This document shows, one piece after another, positions 25,625-37,477 of a DNA stretch of 64,000 bases; position 1 is the first letter of the stretch, and each line of letters opens with the position of its first letter. A program made the translations under genes and the position numbers. Below the pieces are notes generated by a model. The model was given only the letters and a program-made list of their open reading frames with translations, was not told where the DNA came from and searched no databases. This DNA is from Marsupella aquatica (lineage: Eukaryota > Plantae > Marchantiophyta). The DNA is taken from positions 28,587,145-28,651,144 of the forward strand of contig OZ316891.1 of the NCBI GenBank assembly GCA_973895155.1, in the 5' to 3' direction.

Positions 25625-26284
25625 TCAAATCCAAGATATGTGGCTCCTAGCAGGAGTGCCTAGTGTAGGGTCAATGTCATGGTCAGGACAGTAAAACATC
25701 CCCTTCTTGGGCTGCCCATGCGCTGAGTGATCCCAAATTGTTCGATCATGGGCAAATCCCCTCTGTTGGATAAACAGCAGGCAGTCCTTGTGCCATGCCT
25801 TAGGACACCTCATGCACTGAACAAAAAAGCCATTAGCCCCATCATTGGGCCCCTGTCCACAAGTAAGACAAATATGGAGTCCACATGATGCTGTGCCAGG
25901 AACCAAACACTGCCGACAGTAAAACCGGGCACAGAGAGAGTCTGGACATTTTCTTACCTCTTCACCAATTTTTCCAGACACATGGCACTTAAAGCAAGAA
26001 TGTTCCTCATTCTTGCAATCAACACAAAGCCATTCTCCAACATGGCCATCAGCGAGGGATATAGTTGGGCATAGCCATTGTTGACCCAAAGGACAGGAAA
26101 CATTCTTATGGAAATGTTGGTGGCAAGGCCCATCACAAACAATGAGATCCCCTCCCTCATCACAAATCGCACATACATGTGGACTATTCTGGTTAATCTC
26201 AATGTCTGAATATAAGGACAATTGAGGTGCTTGAGAGGATTCACCTCTGCAACGATTCATGGCCTTCTGCTTATTGCAAGCCAT
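25625..26284 (-). CDS. Stand-alone EDM2-like multi-PHD finger protein (~220 aa), intact
   Basis: CAICDEGGDLIVCDGPCHQHFH..WLCVDC..HSCFKC..VRKC..CARFYC..CGLHICLTC..QCMRCPKAWHKDCL and C-terminal FYCPDHDIDPTLGTPARSHI, matching the recalled EDM2 PHD cassette (LIYCxxHEIDxxLxTPxRDH). Confidence 0.85.
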   Translation of the reverse strand: MACNKQKAMNRCRGESSQAPQLSLYSDIEINQNSPHVCAICDEGGDLIVCDGPCHQHFHKNVSCPLGQQWLCPTISLADGHVGEWLCVDCKNEEHSCFKCHVSGKIGEEVRKCPDSLCARFYCRQCLVPGTASCGLHICLTCGQGPNDGANGFFVQCMRCPKAWHKDCLLFIQQRGFAHDRTIWDHSAHGQPKKGMFYCPDHDIDPTLGTPARSHISWI

Positions 26285-29200
26285 GGTCCTGCACACTCAG
26301 ACCCTACATCAGATTGTGAAACAAGAAGGAATAACAGGGTGCAGCATGACACAAAAGAATGAGGGTGCAGCATAAAATATGACATGTAACCACAAGGGTG
26401 CAGCATAAACCAATGCTTTATAGATGGCAAAGCATTTAGGACTGAGCAGCGCAAATAACCTTGGCCTATGATTGGAAGCAATCACAAATATTGCAACCTG
26501 TATGCCTTCGCTTGCTGTACAGCAGTGCTCACTCACCCTGCCTTTTTAAAATCTGTAAGGGCAACACAGAACAAATAGCAATTGAGTTTCAGCAAAGCAT
26601 TCATTTGGCTCTCAAGTTTTAAAATGGACAAAGCAAACACAACAATGTGCACAACAATGCACAGAGAGCAACAAAACTCCAGCAAACTGGGACTCAGGCA
26701 AGAGATACGAATTTTAGCAGCGAAATCAAATCAAGATTCGGACCTGTGAGTTCAACATGCAGTGCTCACTCACCCTGCCCTTTTTTAAATCTGTAAAAAT
26801 CAAGTTTTATTGTGTGCCTTCTACATCTTAAGCTACTGCACACATCTGTTACAGAACCATAAGTTGCTTTACTCTCAACAAGCTGCTGGTCCACCCACTT
26901 TTTCAAAAGCTGCACCGTACTCTATCTTCGTGCACAAATGACTATACCGGGCTGCTGTCAGAGACCCTTACGAAGAATTTAAAATTGACCAAGCTGAGTT
27001 TAGTTTAGTTTCGTCCAGTTTGCAGACCAAAGGAAATCATGTGGCTGTATTCATGGAGTTGTATTCATTGCTGTGTATGGATGTTGTGTGAACATTAGAC
27101 AATTAGCTGTAAATTACCATAGTTGAAGAGCAAGGCTTGTACAAAAGCCACTAAGGAATTCTCTGAGGTGGCACAGCAGTTGGCAAACCACACACAAAAC
27201 TCTGAAACTTTTTGGCGACAAAATTCTACAGAGTCGCTGCTGGAATCAAGTGAGGATTCACCATACATGCCTGCACTTCTCTTCAGTAAAAAAAAGAGAA
27301 AAGAAAAGGCTATGATACAGAGGGATGTCAAAAGAAGAGTAAGGAAACCAAATTTTCATTGAGGAACATAGACAGACTAAGGAAAACATCATACAATGGA
27401 AAACTAAGGACTACATTGTAATAATAAGAGATCAAGCTCACCTTGCACCACAAAGATTGTCACGACTCACCTCGCAGTTCCTCGCAGCTTAGGTCCAGGA
27501 TGACATTTCAATATGGAGGAAAGGAGTTTACTCATTTAAAACAGAGAAGGAGTGGCATCTACAGGGACTTTGGCAGCACACTGAAAAGGTTGGCGATACA
27601 TCAGGTTATCTTTCTAGGTTGACACTGCCAATAGAATTTTGAACACAACAAACACAACAAACACTGCCAGATATAGAATTTTGAACACAAGGGTATGGCA
27701 TCCTGATTTGCCTAACTCAATCAACTTAATAGCATATTTTTATGTTCAATTAGGCAGCACTAAATAGAACAGCCTTTCACGCAGTCAGAATAATTGGCAA
27801 TAATTGCCAGACGACAACAAGACAACAAACTGAACTGAACATAGCAGACAAATCCAACAAGTAGCAATCAGAAATCAACAGCAGACAGACAGAGGACAAC
27901 TCGGTCAGAACTCGGGCACTTGATTTAGTTGTGGTAAATAGCCGTTCAAGTTCTGGACAAGCAAGAGCAATACGTGAGCAGACTCCAGAAAAATCATCTC
28001 TTGAGATTGAGGAGAAAGGCATTCCCCAGCCAGCTTACCTATGTCTTGAAAAATGTATCGGACATCGTGGATGCTGCCTCAGCTGCTGGCCGCAAGGGAA
28101 GATTTTGCCAAAACAAACAATAAAGCTCGAAGATAGTTAAATTTCTTAGGTCATTCTAAATGGGGACTGAATTAGCAATTAGAACCAGTAAACCCTGATC
28201 TTGGGCAAGCAGAGAGAGAAGACTCTGCGCCTAATACTTATGTCTACCCGAATTTTACTGGGACATATGAGCATTGGGATGGCATTGCAAAGCAGAATTT
28301 TGTAGCAGTGGAAGGAATCAACATAGATAGCAGTGGAAGGCCGCAGTGGAGCTAGCATGGGACAGGGAAGGAAATGCAGGCACTTGTGATGCAAAGGCTA
28401 TAGAGGGCGAGAAGGTGGACAACCAAACTCAACAAACTCAAAGAACATGTAGCAAATGGCAATAGAATTGAAGATCAGAGAACCTGAGTGGGCAAAAAAT
28501 TGATATAGATTGTAATGGGCAATAAAGAAGCTCAACCGGGAGACTAGCAGTAGTGGAGACAGTTCCGTCTTAAATGGAAAAGGAGAGATATATACAATAA
28601 AGAGAGACGTCCTTTAAAGTAGAAATTGTCTGAAAAGTAAGTGCAGATAAGTGCATGCAACAGGAGCGGTCACATACAAATTGAGCAATCCTCTCAAGGC
28701 TACAGAGGGCGAGAAGGTGGACAACCAAACTCAGCAAACTCAAAGAACAAGTAGTAAATGGCAATAGAATAGAAGATCAGAGAACATGTAGCGAATGGAG
28801 AGGGATAGATAGAGAAAAAACATAAGCAGAGAGCTCTGACACACAGCAACACAGGTCCCAACACAACACATTGCAGGTCCCAGGCTGGGGTGGAGCCGGA
28901 AGTGGAGAGCACAGAGCAACCAGGCAAATCACAGCATGGGCGCCAATGGGAATAAGGTCAATACCTTTGAGGCGGAAGCTAGCAGGCCTCAACTTGCAGG
29001 TAGCAGCTTGTGCTATGCTGCCTTCCGCAAGTAGCTTGCACTCTCAGCTTCCGCAATGAGTCGCCCTCTCCCCTTTCGCAAGCAGCTGCTCGATCTCTCC
29101 CCTTCCGCAAGCAGCTTGCCTTCTCCCCATCCGCAATCAGGTCACCTCTCCCCTTCCGCAAGCAGCTCGCACCCACTTAAAGAAACAAATGTTGAGACCA

Positions 29201-30849
29201 AACAAACAACCGGCTCCCTTCCGCAAACTCCACAACCTCTTCAAGAAGCTATCATCGACCTTCCGCAGCAAGAATCATTTCCTCCCTGCTTTCACTGCCT
29301 CCACGAGCTTCCATAGCAATCGCCTTCCATGATGATCGGGGCCCCAGTGCGCAAATGCCTTCCGCATCCACCTTGCGCAGCTTGTTGCCGATCGTAGCTC
29401 CTCACCCACAGCTCGTGACCCGCAGCTTGTCGCTCGACTGTTTCTGATTGTGTCCGGCTCTTCCTTCTGCAGCTCTTCCCTTCCGCACCTCCAACCTCAC
29501 GCAACTCCTCCCCTCCCGCAACTCCAACCTGTGCTCCTGGGGCAACTCCAACCTGTGCGAAGAGTGTTGCAGCTCCTCCCCTCCCGCAACTCCACCCTGT
29601 GCTAGTCTAGCAAATGTGCTCGGAAGAGTGTCGAAGCTTGGTGGAGGCAATGCACAACGCTGCGCAACCCTAAGCCCTTGCAATGTGCACACAAGGCATG
29701 CCAAGAAAAGAGCACATCGAGCATTGCCCTCTCCGTCGATGTTTTTTCAGGAAAAAGGGCTCCTGTTGGTACGCGAGAACACTTGAGGAGGAAAAACCTA
29801 AAGCTGGATGCCTAAACCCCGTAAAAGTAAGGTATTTCTCCAGATGGGGATGGTGGATATTGTACGTGGGTCATGAATTAGGTTCTATTCTGACAATCTC
29901 TCATATGTCTGGACCCCCCATAAGGCCCTAGGGAAGTTGAGACTAGGTTAATAACAATGTAAACCACCCCCCCCCTCGCCCCCATAAGGCCCTAGGGAAA
30001 TACCGACTATATAGGGTAATAACAAGGTCCGGACGCCCCCATAAGGTCCTAAGTAGGGAAGGCAAGGTTAATAACTTATAATGTCGCAACCCCCCCATAA
30101 GGTCATGGCTGTTTGTGTAGGTGCCAACAAGAATGTTAAGGACCAATGTTATATATAAAAAATCATGCCCGCGATATAAAAGGTCCTTTTGGACCAAGGG
30201 AAGACTACATATGAGGCTATGTTGTCTAAGAGTTTTTGAGAGCATTACACCAAAGCATTAACAAGTGAGCCTTCCCATGACTATATGACCTCCAATATGC
30301 CAACATTAATGGCTTCCAATATGACAGCGTGAGTGACCCCACGTTTAGTCCTCAGATTGAAGCACCATTTAATTCACAAATGATCCAATGAACTCCCTTG
30401 TACCTCCAAAGAGAACCCCCCAATAGCCTTTGTAAAGACCACATTTCCAGTCATTTGGTACTTCTGACCTCTAGTATGACAACCAAGATTACCCTAATTT
30501 GAGGTGTTTTCATTAATGACACACCATGAGGGACCTCTCTAATGACCACATATGCAGTCAATTGCTCCAAATGACCTCCAACTGACTACCAAAATGACCC
30601 TTATTGTAGTCATTGACATTAATGACACACATTATGTGAAAATGACCCAATGAAGAGTATACTACCTCTCGGAGTGCCCCTTTACAATTCCTTTGGAATT
30701 TAATAGAATATATCCAAAATCCAAATATCGGCACAAACATGACATAGTTATATAGAAGGACATAGTCTTCCACTAGTATTGCACTATATACCTCTTGGAG
30801 AGACAAAAACAATTTTTGTATGCATGCCTTAGGATGGTATGCATGCATG

Positions 30850-33800
30850 GTGACACTTTTGGCAAATCACTCCAAAGTTGTATGACTTGGGAGTGATTTC
30901 CCCAAGGTTGCATCATCCCTTAAGTAATTGCAAAAACATGGCTCCAAAGTGCTCATGGTGCAACTAGTGGTTGGAGAATAGTGGGTATAGTACCCCGCAC
31001 CTTGTGGAGAGGTTGCCACCTTCATGTAGAGCCCCATGGCACACTAGGGCCACCTTAAGCTCCTAGACCCAAAAGGGTCATTTCTGATGGTCCGTAATGA
31101 CACCATGAGGGACCTCTATAATGACCCCATATGGAGTCATTTGGCACAAATGACTTCCAAAAGGACTGCCAAAATGACCCTTACTGCAGTCTTTGGCATT
31201 AATGACACACTATTCCTCCAAAATGACCCAATGAAGATTACAACACCTACTCACAATGCCCCGACACTATTCATATGCAAAATGGAGTATTCCCCATCCA
31301 AACACCGGCACAAACATGACACAATTACATCACAAGATGACAACCTTCCATTGGTGTTGCGCTACTTCTTGGAGAGACAAAAAATGGCTCCATTTGCGCT
31401 TGGATACGGTGGTATGCATCCATGGTGACACTTTTGGCAAATCACTCCAAAGTTGTATGACTTGGGAGTGATTTCCCCAAGGTGCATCATGCCTTAAGTA
31501 AATGCAAAAACATGTGTCCAAAATGTTCATGGCACAACTAGTGGTTGGACGATGATGAGTATAGTGTCCCGCACCTAGTGGAGGGGGTTCTCACCTCTAT
31601 GTAGGGCCCCATGGCACTCTAGGGCCCACCTCCAGCCCCCAGCCCCAAACTGGTCATTTGTGCTTCTGCTTAATGATTGCACAAGGGACCCCTCAAATGA
31701 CCACAAATCCAGTCATTTGACTTATGTGACAGCCCATATGACAGATTTAATGACCCTACTTGTAGTCATTGGTATTTATGACACCAATTTTTTCAGAAAT
31801 GACTCAATGAAGATTACACTACCTTCTTGAGTGCCCCATCACTATTCATTTAATAGAATATTCCCCATCCAAACACCGGCACAAACATGACACAATTACA
31901 TGGAAGGACAACAGCCTTGCACTACTTCTTGCAGAGACAAAAAAAATGGCTTCATTTCCTTTAGATAGGATGGTATGCATCAATGGTGACACTTTTGGCA
32001 AATCACTCCAAAGTCGTACGACTTGGGAGTGATTTCCCCAAGATTATATCATCCCTTAAGTAAACACAAAAACATGGCTCCAAACTGCTAATGGTGCAAC
32101 TAGTGGTTGGAGAATAGTAATTATAGTATTTGACACCTAGTGAAGGGGTTGCGAGCTCTATGTGGTGCCACATGGCACTCTAGGGCCCACCTCCAGCCCT
32201 TAGCTCCAAATTGGTCATTCATGCTTGTCTTCAATGACTGCACTAGAGACCCCTCAAATGACAACAAGTCCAGTCATTTGAATTATATGACATCCCATAT
32301 GACCAATTCAATGACCCTACTTGTGGTCATTGGCACTTATGACATGACTTTGTTAAAAAATGACCCAAAGAAGGTCCTAGTACCGCCAGAGAGAGCCCGC
32401 TCTACATTCCTTGCAAAAATGGAATAATCGTATACCTTTAAACATCAGACACATCATAGAGGGAAGCACCACTGCCACACCCATTCCATTGGTGTTGCGC
32501 TACCTCTTGGAGAGACAAAAAAGGGCTTCATTTGCGTTTGGAACAGTGGTATGCATCCATGGTGACACTTTTGGCAAATCACTCCAAAGTCATACGACTT
32601 GGGAGTGATTTCCCCAAAGGTGCATCATGCCTTAAGTAAATGCAAAAACATGTGTCCAAGGTGTTTATGTCACAACTAGTGGTTGGACAATGATGAGTAT
32701 AGTGTCCCGCACGTAGTGGAGGGGTTCTCACCTCTATGTGGGGCCACATGGCACTCTAGGGCCCACCTCCAGCCCCTAGCCCCAAACTGGTCATTTGTGC
32801 TTTTCCTTAATGACTGCATAAGGGACCCCTCAAATGACCACAAATCCAGTCATTAGACTGATATGACTCTCCATATGACAGTTCTAATGACCTTGCTTTT
32901 AGTCATTGATATTTATGACGGTCCATTGCTCACATATGACCCAATAAAGGCCCTAGTACCTCCAAAGAGAGCCCGCTTTAGATTCCTTGCAAGGTTGGAA
33001 TATTCCTCTTCCCTAAACCCACACCCACACCATACATGGAAGCACGACTCCCCTGCCCATTCCATTGGTGCAACACCACCTCTTGGACAACCCAAAAACA
33101 ACTTTTATTTGCCTTTGTATGTGATGGTGTGCATGCATGGCAACACTTTTGGCAAATCACTCCAAAGTCGTACGACTTGGGAGTGATTTCCCCAAAGGTG
33201 CATCATGCCTTAAGGAAACACAAAAACATGTGTCCAAAGTGTTTATGTCACAACTAGTGGTTGGACAATGATGAGTATAGTGTCCCGCACCTCGTGGAGG
33301 GGTTCTCACCTCTATGTGGGGCCCCATGGCACTCTAGGGCGCACCTCCAGCCCCTAGCCCCAAAATGGTCATTTGTGCTTTTCCTTAATGACTGCATGAG
33401 GGACCCCTCAAATGACAATATTCAGGTCATTCCGCTTATATGACATCCAATGTGACCATTTTAATGACCTTTCTTGTAGTAATTGGCATTTATGACGGGC
33501 CATTGCTCACATATGACCCAATAAAGGCCCTAGTACCTCCAAAGAGAGCCAGCTTTAGATTCCTTGCAAGGTTGGAATATTCCCAAACCCTAATCCCGCA
33601 GCCACACCATGCTAAGAAGCACGACTCCCCTGCCCATTCCATTCGTGCAGTACTACCTCTTGGAGAACCAAAAAACAGGTTTTATTTGCCTTTGGATGTG
33701 ATGGTATACATCCATGGTTGCACTTTTGGCAAATCACTCCAAAGTCGTACGACTTGGGAGTGATTTCCCCAAAGGTGCATCATGCCTTAAGGAAACACAA

Positions 33801-34490
33801 AAACATGTGCCCAAAGTGTTTATGTCGCAACTAGTGGTTGGACAATGATGAGTATAGTGTCCCGCACCTAGTGGAGGGGTTCTCACCTCTATGTGGGGCC
33901 CATGGCACTCTAGGGCCCACCTCAAGCCCCTAGCCCCAAAATGGTCATTTGTGCTTTTCCTTAATGACTACATAAGGGACCCCTCAAATGACCACAAATC
34001 CAGTCATTAGACTGATATGACTCTCCATATGACAATTTTAATGACCCTACTTTTAGTCATTGGCATTTATGACGGGCCATTGCTCACATATGACCCAATA
34101 AAGGCCCTAGTACCTCCAAAGAGAGCTAGCTTTAGATTCCTTGCAAGGTTGGAATATTCCTCTTCCCTAAACCTGCACCCACACCATACTGAGAAGCATG
34201 ACTCCCCTGCCCATTCCATTGGGGCAGCACTACCTCTTGGAGAACCAAAAAACAACTTTTATTTGCCTTTGGATGTGATGGTATGCATGCATTTATTTGC
34301 AAATTAAAATATTCCCCGTCCAAACACCGGCACAAACATGACACAATTACAACAAAGCATGACAACCTTCCATTGGTATTGCCCTACTTCTTGGAGAGAC
34401 AAAAAGGTTTCATTTGCCCCATGGATACGATAGTATGCGCGCATCCATATATGATGACACTTCTGGAAAATCACTCCAAAGGTGTATGAC
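30850..34490. repeat. ~578-bp internal tandem array, 6-7 units (CACTA copy 1)
   Basis: cacttttggcaaatcactccaaag recurs at ~30854, 31430, 31990, 32565, 33145, 33721, with a degenerate copy at ~34458. Confidence 0.92.
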
Positions 34491-34573
34491 TCTACAATTA
34501 TGATAGGTGTCTGGAATGACTATTGAGTATTTTAATCTTCATATCTCTTGGGTTCTTTAATGACTCTATAAGT

Positions 34574-35080
34574 AGTCATTTATGTAATAAGTCCATAATG
34601 ACTGTATGTTATTGTAAACATTGATATATCCTGATTTTTAGATTGCCCTATATTTAGTCATTTATGCGACAAGTCCATAATGACAGTATGTTGTTGAAAA
34701 CACCGATATATCCTAATTTCAAGATTGACTGTGGAGTTAGTCATTTATGAGAGAAGTCCATAATGACGGTATGTTCTTGTAAACACTGATATGTCCTAAT
34801 TTCAAGATTGACCCTAGAGTTAGTCATTTATGGCAGAAGTCCATAATGACAATATGTTGTTGTAAACACTGATATATTCTCATTTTCAGATTGACCCTAA
34901 ATTTTGTCATTTATGAGAGAAGTCCATAATGACGGTATGTTCTTGTAAACACTAATATGTCCTAATTTCAAGATTGACCCTAGAGTTAGTCATTTATGGC
35001 AGAAGTCCATAATGACAATATGTTGTTGTAAACACTGATATATTCTCATTTTCAGATTGACCCTAAATTTTGTCATTTAA
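34574..35080. repeat. 83-bp subterminal tandem repeat, about 6 units
   Basis: gtcatttatg..aagtccataatgac units at 34574, 34656, 34739, 34822, 34905, 34988. Confidence 0.88.
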
Positions 35081-35471
35081 CACCGTTGGTTAAAATGACG
35101 ATAATACATTTTTTGTCATTTATCACCGTTGTCCAAAATGATGCAAATAGATTTTTGGTCATTTCAGTCATTGTCCAGAGTGACTATAATGTTGCTAAAC
35201 ACTGATTTATCATTGTTGTTATTAATTGTGTCATTTAAGACATGTGTCTAAATTGACCATTTAGGGAAATTGGGTCATTTTGGTCGCATCAGTCATTATA
35301 GACATTATACAAAATGACGAAAAAATTAACATTTTGTCATTTCAGTCTATTGGTCATTGTGGACAGTCATTCCCCCGTCATTCTTTTTGTGTCATTAAAA
35401 CTTTTGGTCATTTATTCATCTCTGTCATTGGGTGATTGGTCATAAAGGGCCCTGTTTTCTTCTAGTGTTGG

Positions 35472-35757
35472 TATCTCGGAGGGGCTCTCCGAGATGGCAA
35501 TGGAGTGACTTGGTATGTCGAAGAGGCTCTCTGACATGGTGAGCAAACAAACTACCATGTCTCCAACATACTCCTGGAAGTGTGTTGGGATCTCGGAGAG
35601 CCTCTCCGAGATTGCCAAAAACAATTGTTGCCATCTCGGAGAGGTCTCCGAGATTGCCAAAAAAATGGTAGGGATCTCGGAGAGCTCTCCGAGATTGCCA
35701 AAAAAACTGTCGCCATCTCGGAGAGGTCTCCGAGATTAGAGAAAAAAAAGGGGGGTG
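35472..35757. repeat. Subterminal cluster of the 23-bp palindrome and candidate terminus of the host element
   Basis: About 6 copies of atctcggagag..ctccgagat, then gaaaaaaaaggggggtg. Confidence 0.75.
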
Positions 35758-35786
35758 ACTGATATCAGTGACTGATAACTGATGGA

Positions 35787-36659
35787 TTACCTCCCCTCAA
35801 TAGAGGTGTTGGCCGGTTGAACCGGATTCCCTCCTAAAGTTAACTTACGGCGCTTGGGAGGTTCAACAACTTGTACCTCTGCTTCCTCTTCTGTGTCCTC
35901 TACCTTAACAATCTCTGGATCTGGGACTCCATAAAGGACATAACTGTTCTTTGTCCCCAAAAGATTCTTCTCTTGTTTGAACAGGACTCCTGCTTGGGCA
36001 TACAAATGAATCACGTAGGAAGACAAGGGGGTGGCCGATTTCCCATTGAGATTAGTTGCCAGCTTCTGTATCACATCATACAGGATGGTAGCCCAAGAAA
36101 TAGTCTTCCCCTTGTAGAGGGCAGCAATGATAGTGCTCCCTACTCTCTGGATGACTCATTTTGGTTTCTCTGGGTATAACAGGGGAACCAGGAAAGCCAA
36201 TACCCTTCTCAAGTCTCCATCTATGCACTGATTAACACTCCATCCTTCTTTCTCGTCCATCTTTCCTGCAAAGTAATCTATGGTGAGGTTCTCTCCTCGG
36301 GGAAGTAGACCAGAGCCATCTGTGCGCACTTGGTAAGCTTTGCCAATAGCCTCTTTGGTCCAAAGCTTAGGTTGGGCTCTGATGGTATTAGAAAACTCAC
36401 TTGGGGCTTCTCCAGTGAGTATCTCTCAGATAACATCTTCACTCTGCCATGCCCAGGTCATCAGAAGTAGGTTGTGGCATCCCATCCTCTCTAGATCAAT
36501 CCGCAACCTCTCCTTCTCTTCTGGTCCGGTTGGTAGTACAGGTCTTAGAGGCTTCAAAGCAATAGGTAAATCCTTCCTCTTAGACCGTCGAACCTCGCTC
36601 TTGACAGGGGTAGTGTCCGCCTTCGCCTTCTCAGCAGATTGGGGTCTCTGGTTCCTCAT
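35787..36659 (-). pseudogene. Extra (env-position) ORF downstream of Gypsy pol, with stops
   Basis: ORFs 36426-36659 and 35787-36074 lie in one frame bridged by coding-like sequence (IRAQPKLWTKEAI..GWSVNQC..VLAFLVPLLYPEKP); same strand as, and 3' of, the integrase. Confidence 0.6.
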
Positions 36660-37047
36660 GGTGGCTCAACCGGTTTTCGTTAAGGTGAAATCCGGTTCAG
36701 AGCGGAAGCCGGTTCAACCTGTTTTGGTCTCAGATTCGGCTACAGGCTGATCCAAGACTTATGGTTTAATGGTTAAGCCGCTCCTTGCATTGAGATCCTC
36801 CGGTGGAATGGACCGGACTTAGATCATTAGGGAAACCGGTTCCATGGGTTGGGGAGGTTAAAACGGCTTTCTTTTGTCGAACCGGCCATCTCAACCAAGC
36901 AACTTTTCCGGTTAGCACCTTAAAGTGCTCATAGGAGGCTAACAGGTCTAAAAGGTCATAAGAGTTAGTGTTTCCAAGGGTTAAAATTTTAAAATTCCCC
37001 TTATTTCTTCTTTTACCAAATAAACATCATCTCACATAGCCCCCTCC

Positions 37048-37477
37048 TCAAATGGTGCTGCGCCCTCGCAAACCATCATCTATAGGTAGGAAATATTTCT
37101 TCACCCGGGAACCATTAACTCGAGTAGAATGTTCTTGCCCGTCAAGGTCCGCTAGTTGTAAGGATCCATTAGAGAAGATATACTTTACTTGGTATGGTCC
37201 AAGCCACCTTGTATGTAGTTTGCCCGAAAAGACAAAATATCTGTTGTCATATAATAAAACATAATCCTCTTCCACAATCTTTACTGGATTCATCTTCCGA
37301 TCAAAGCGAGAAGCACGTTGTTGTTGTTGCCTTTGAGTTTCTAAAAGAGAGAAATGTCTATCTTCTTCTAATTTTTCCAAATCTTCTAATCTACTTATTT
37401 GACTATCCTCAACGGGAAGACGGTCAGAAATATCAATTCGTGCTGTGGGTATTTCAAATTCTATGGGGACCACAGTA
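37048..37477 (-). pseudogene. Ty3/Gypsy (Athila/Tat-like) integrase C-terminus, cut by the insertion at 37478
   Basis: VPIEFEIP..RLEDLEKLEEDR..VLLYDNR..GKLHTRWLGPYQV..NGSLQL..RVNGSRVKKY (GPY/F module). Confidence 0.9.

Larger units (their letters stand above)
16681..35467 (-). mobile_element. Complete CACTA (En/Spm) transposon, copy 1, 18.8 kb
   Basis: Left TIR CACTAGTAGAAAACA at 16681; right TIR TGTTTTCTTCTAGTG ending 35467; 3-bp TSD TTG (16678-16680, 35468-35470); ATGAC/GTCAT-rich subterminal regions; internal transposase. Confidence 0.97.
4952..35757. mobile_element. Large old CMC/CACTA-type element (host of the 16681-35467 insertion) carrying Tnp2 transposase, SET exon and ParB-MTase-like-Ulp1 gene; left part lost at the LINE
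   Basis: One diagnostic palindrome (ATCTCGGAGAG-N-CTCTCCGAGAT) occurs from 9200 to 16662 and again at 35472-35736. Removing the inner CACTA rejoins gacttg|gtatctcggag, matching the unit at 16632. Candidate terminus ...AAAAAAAAGGGGGGTG at 35757 (CACCCCCC on minus strand). That the transposase and plus-strand gene belong to one element is inferred. Confidence 0.65.
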
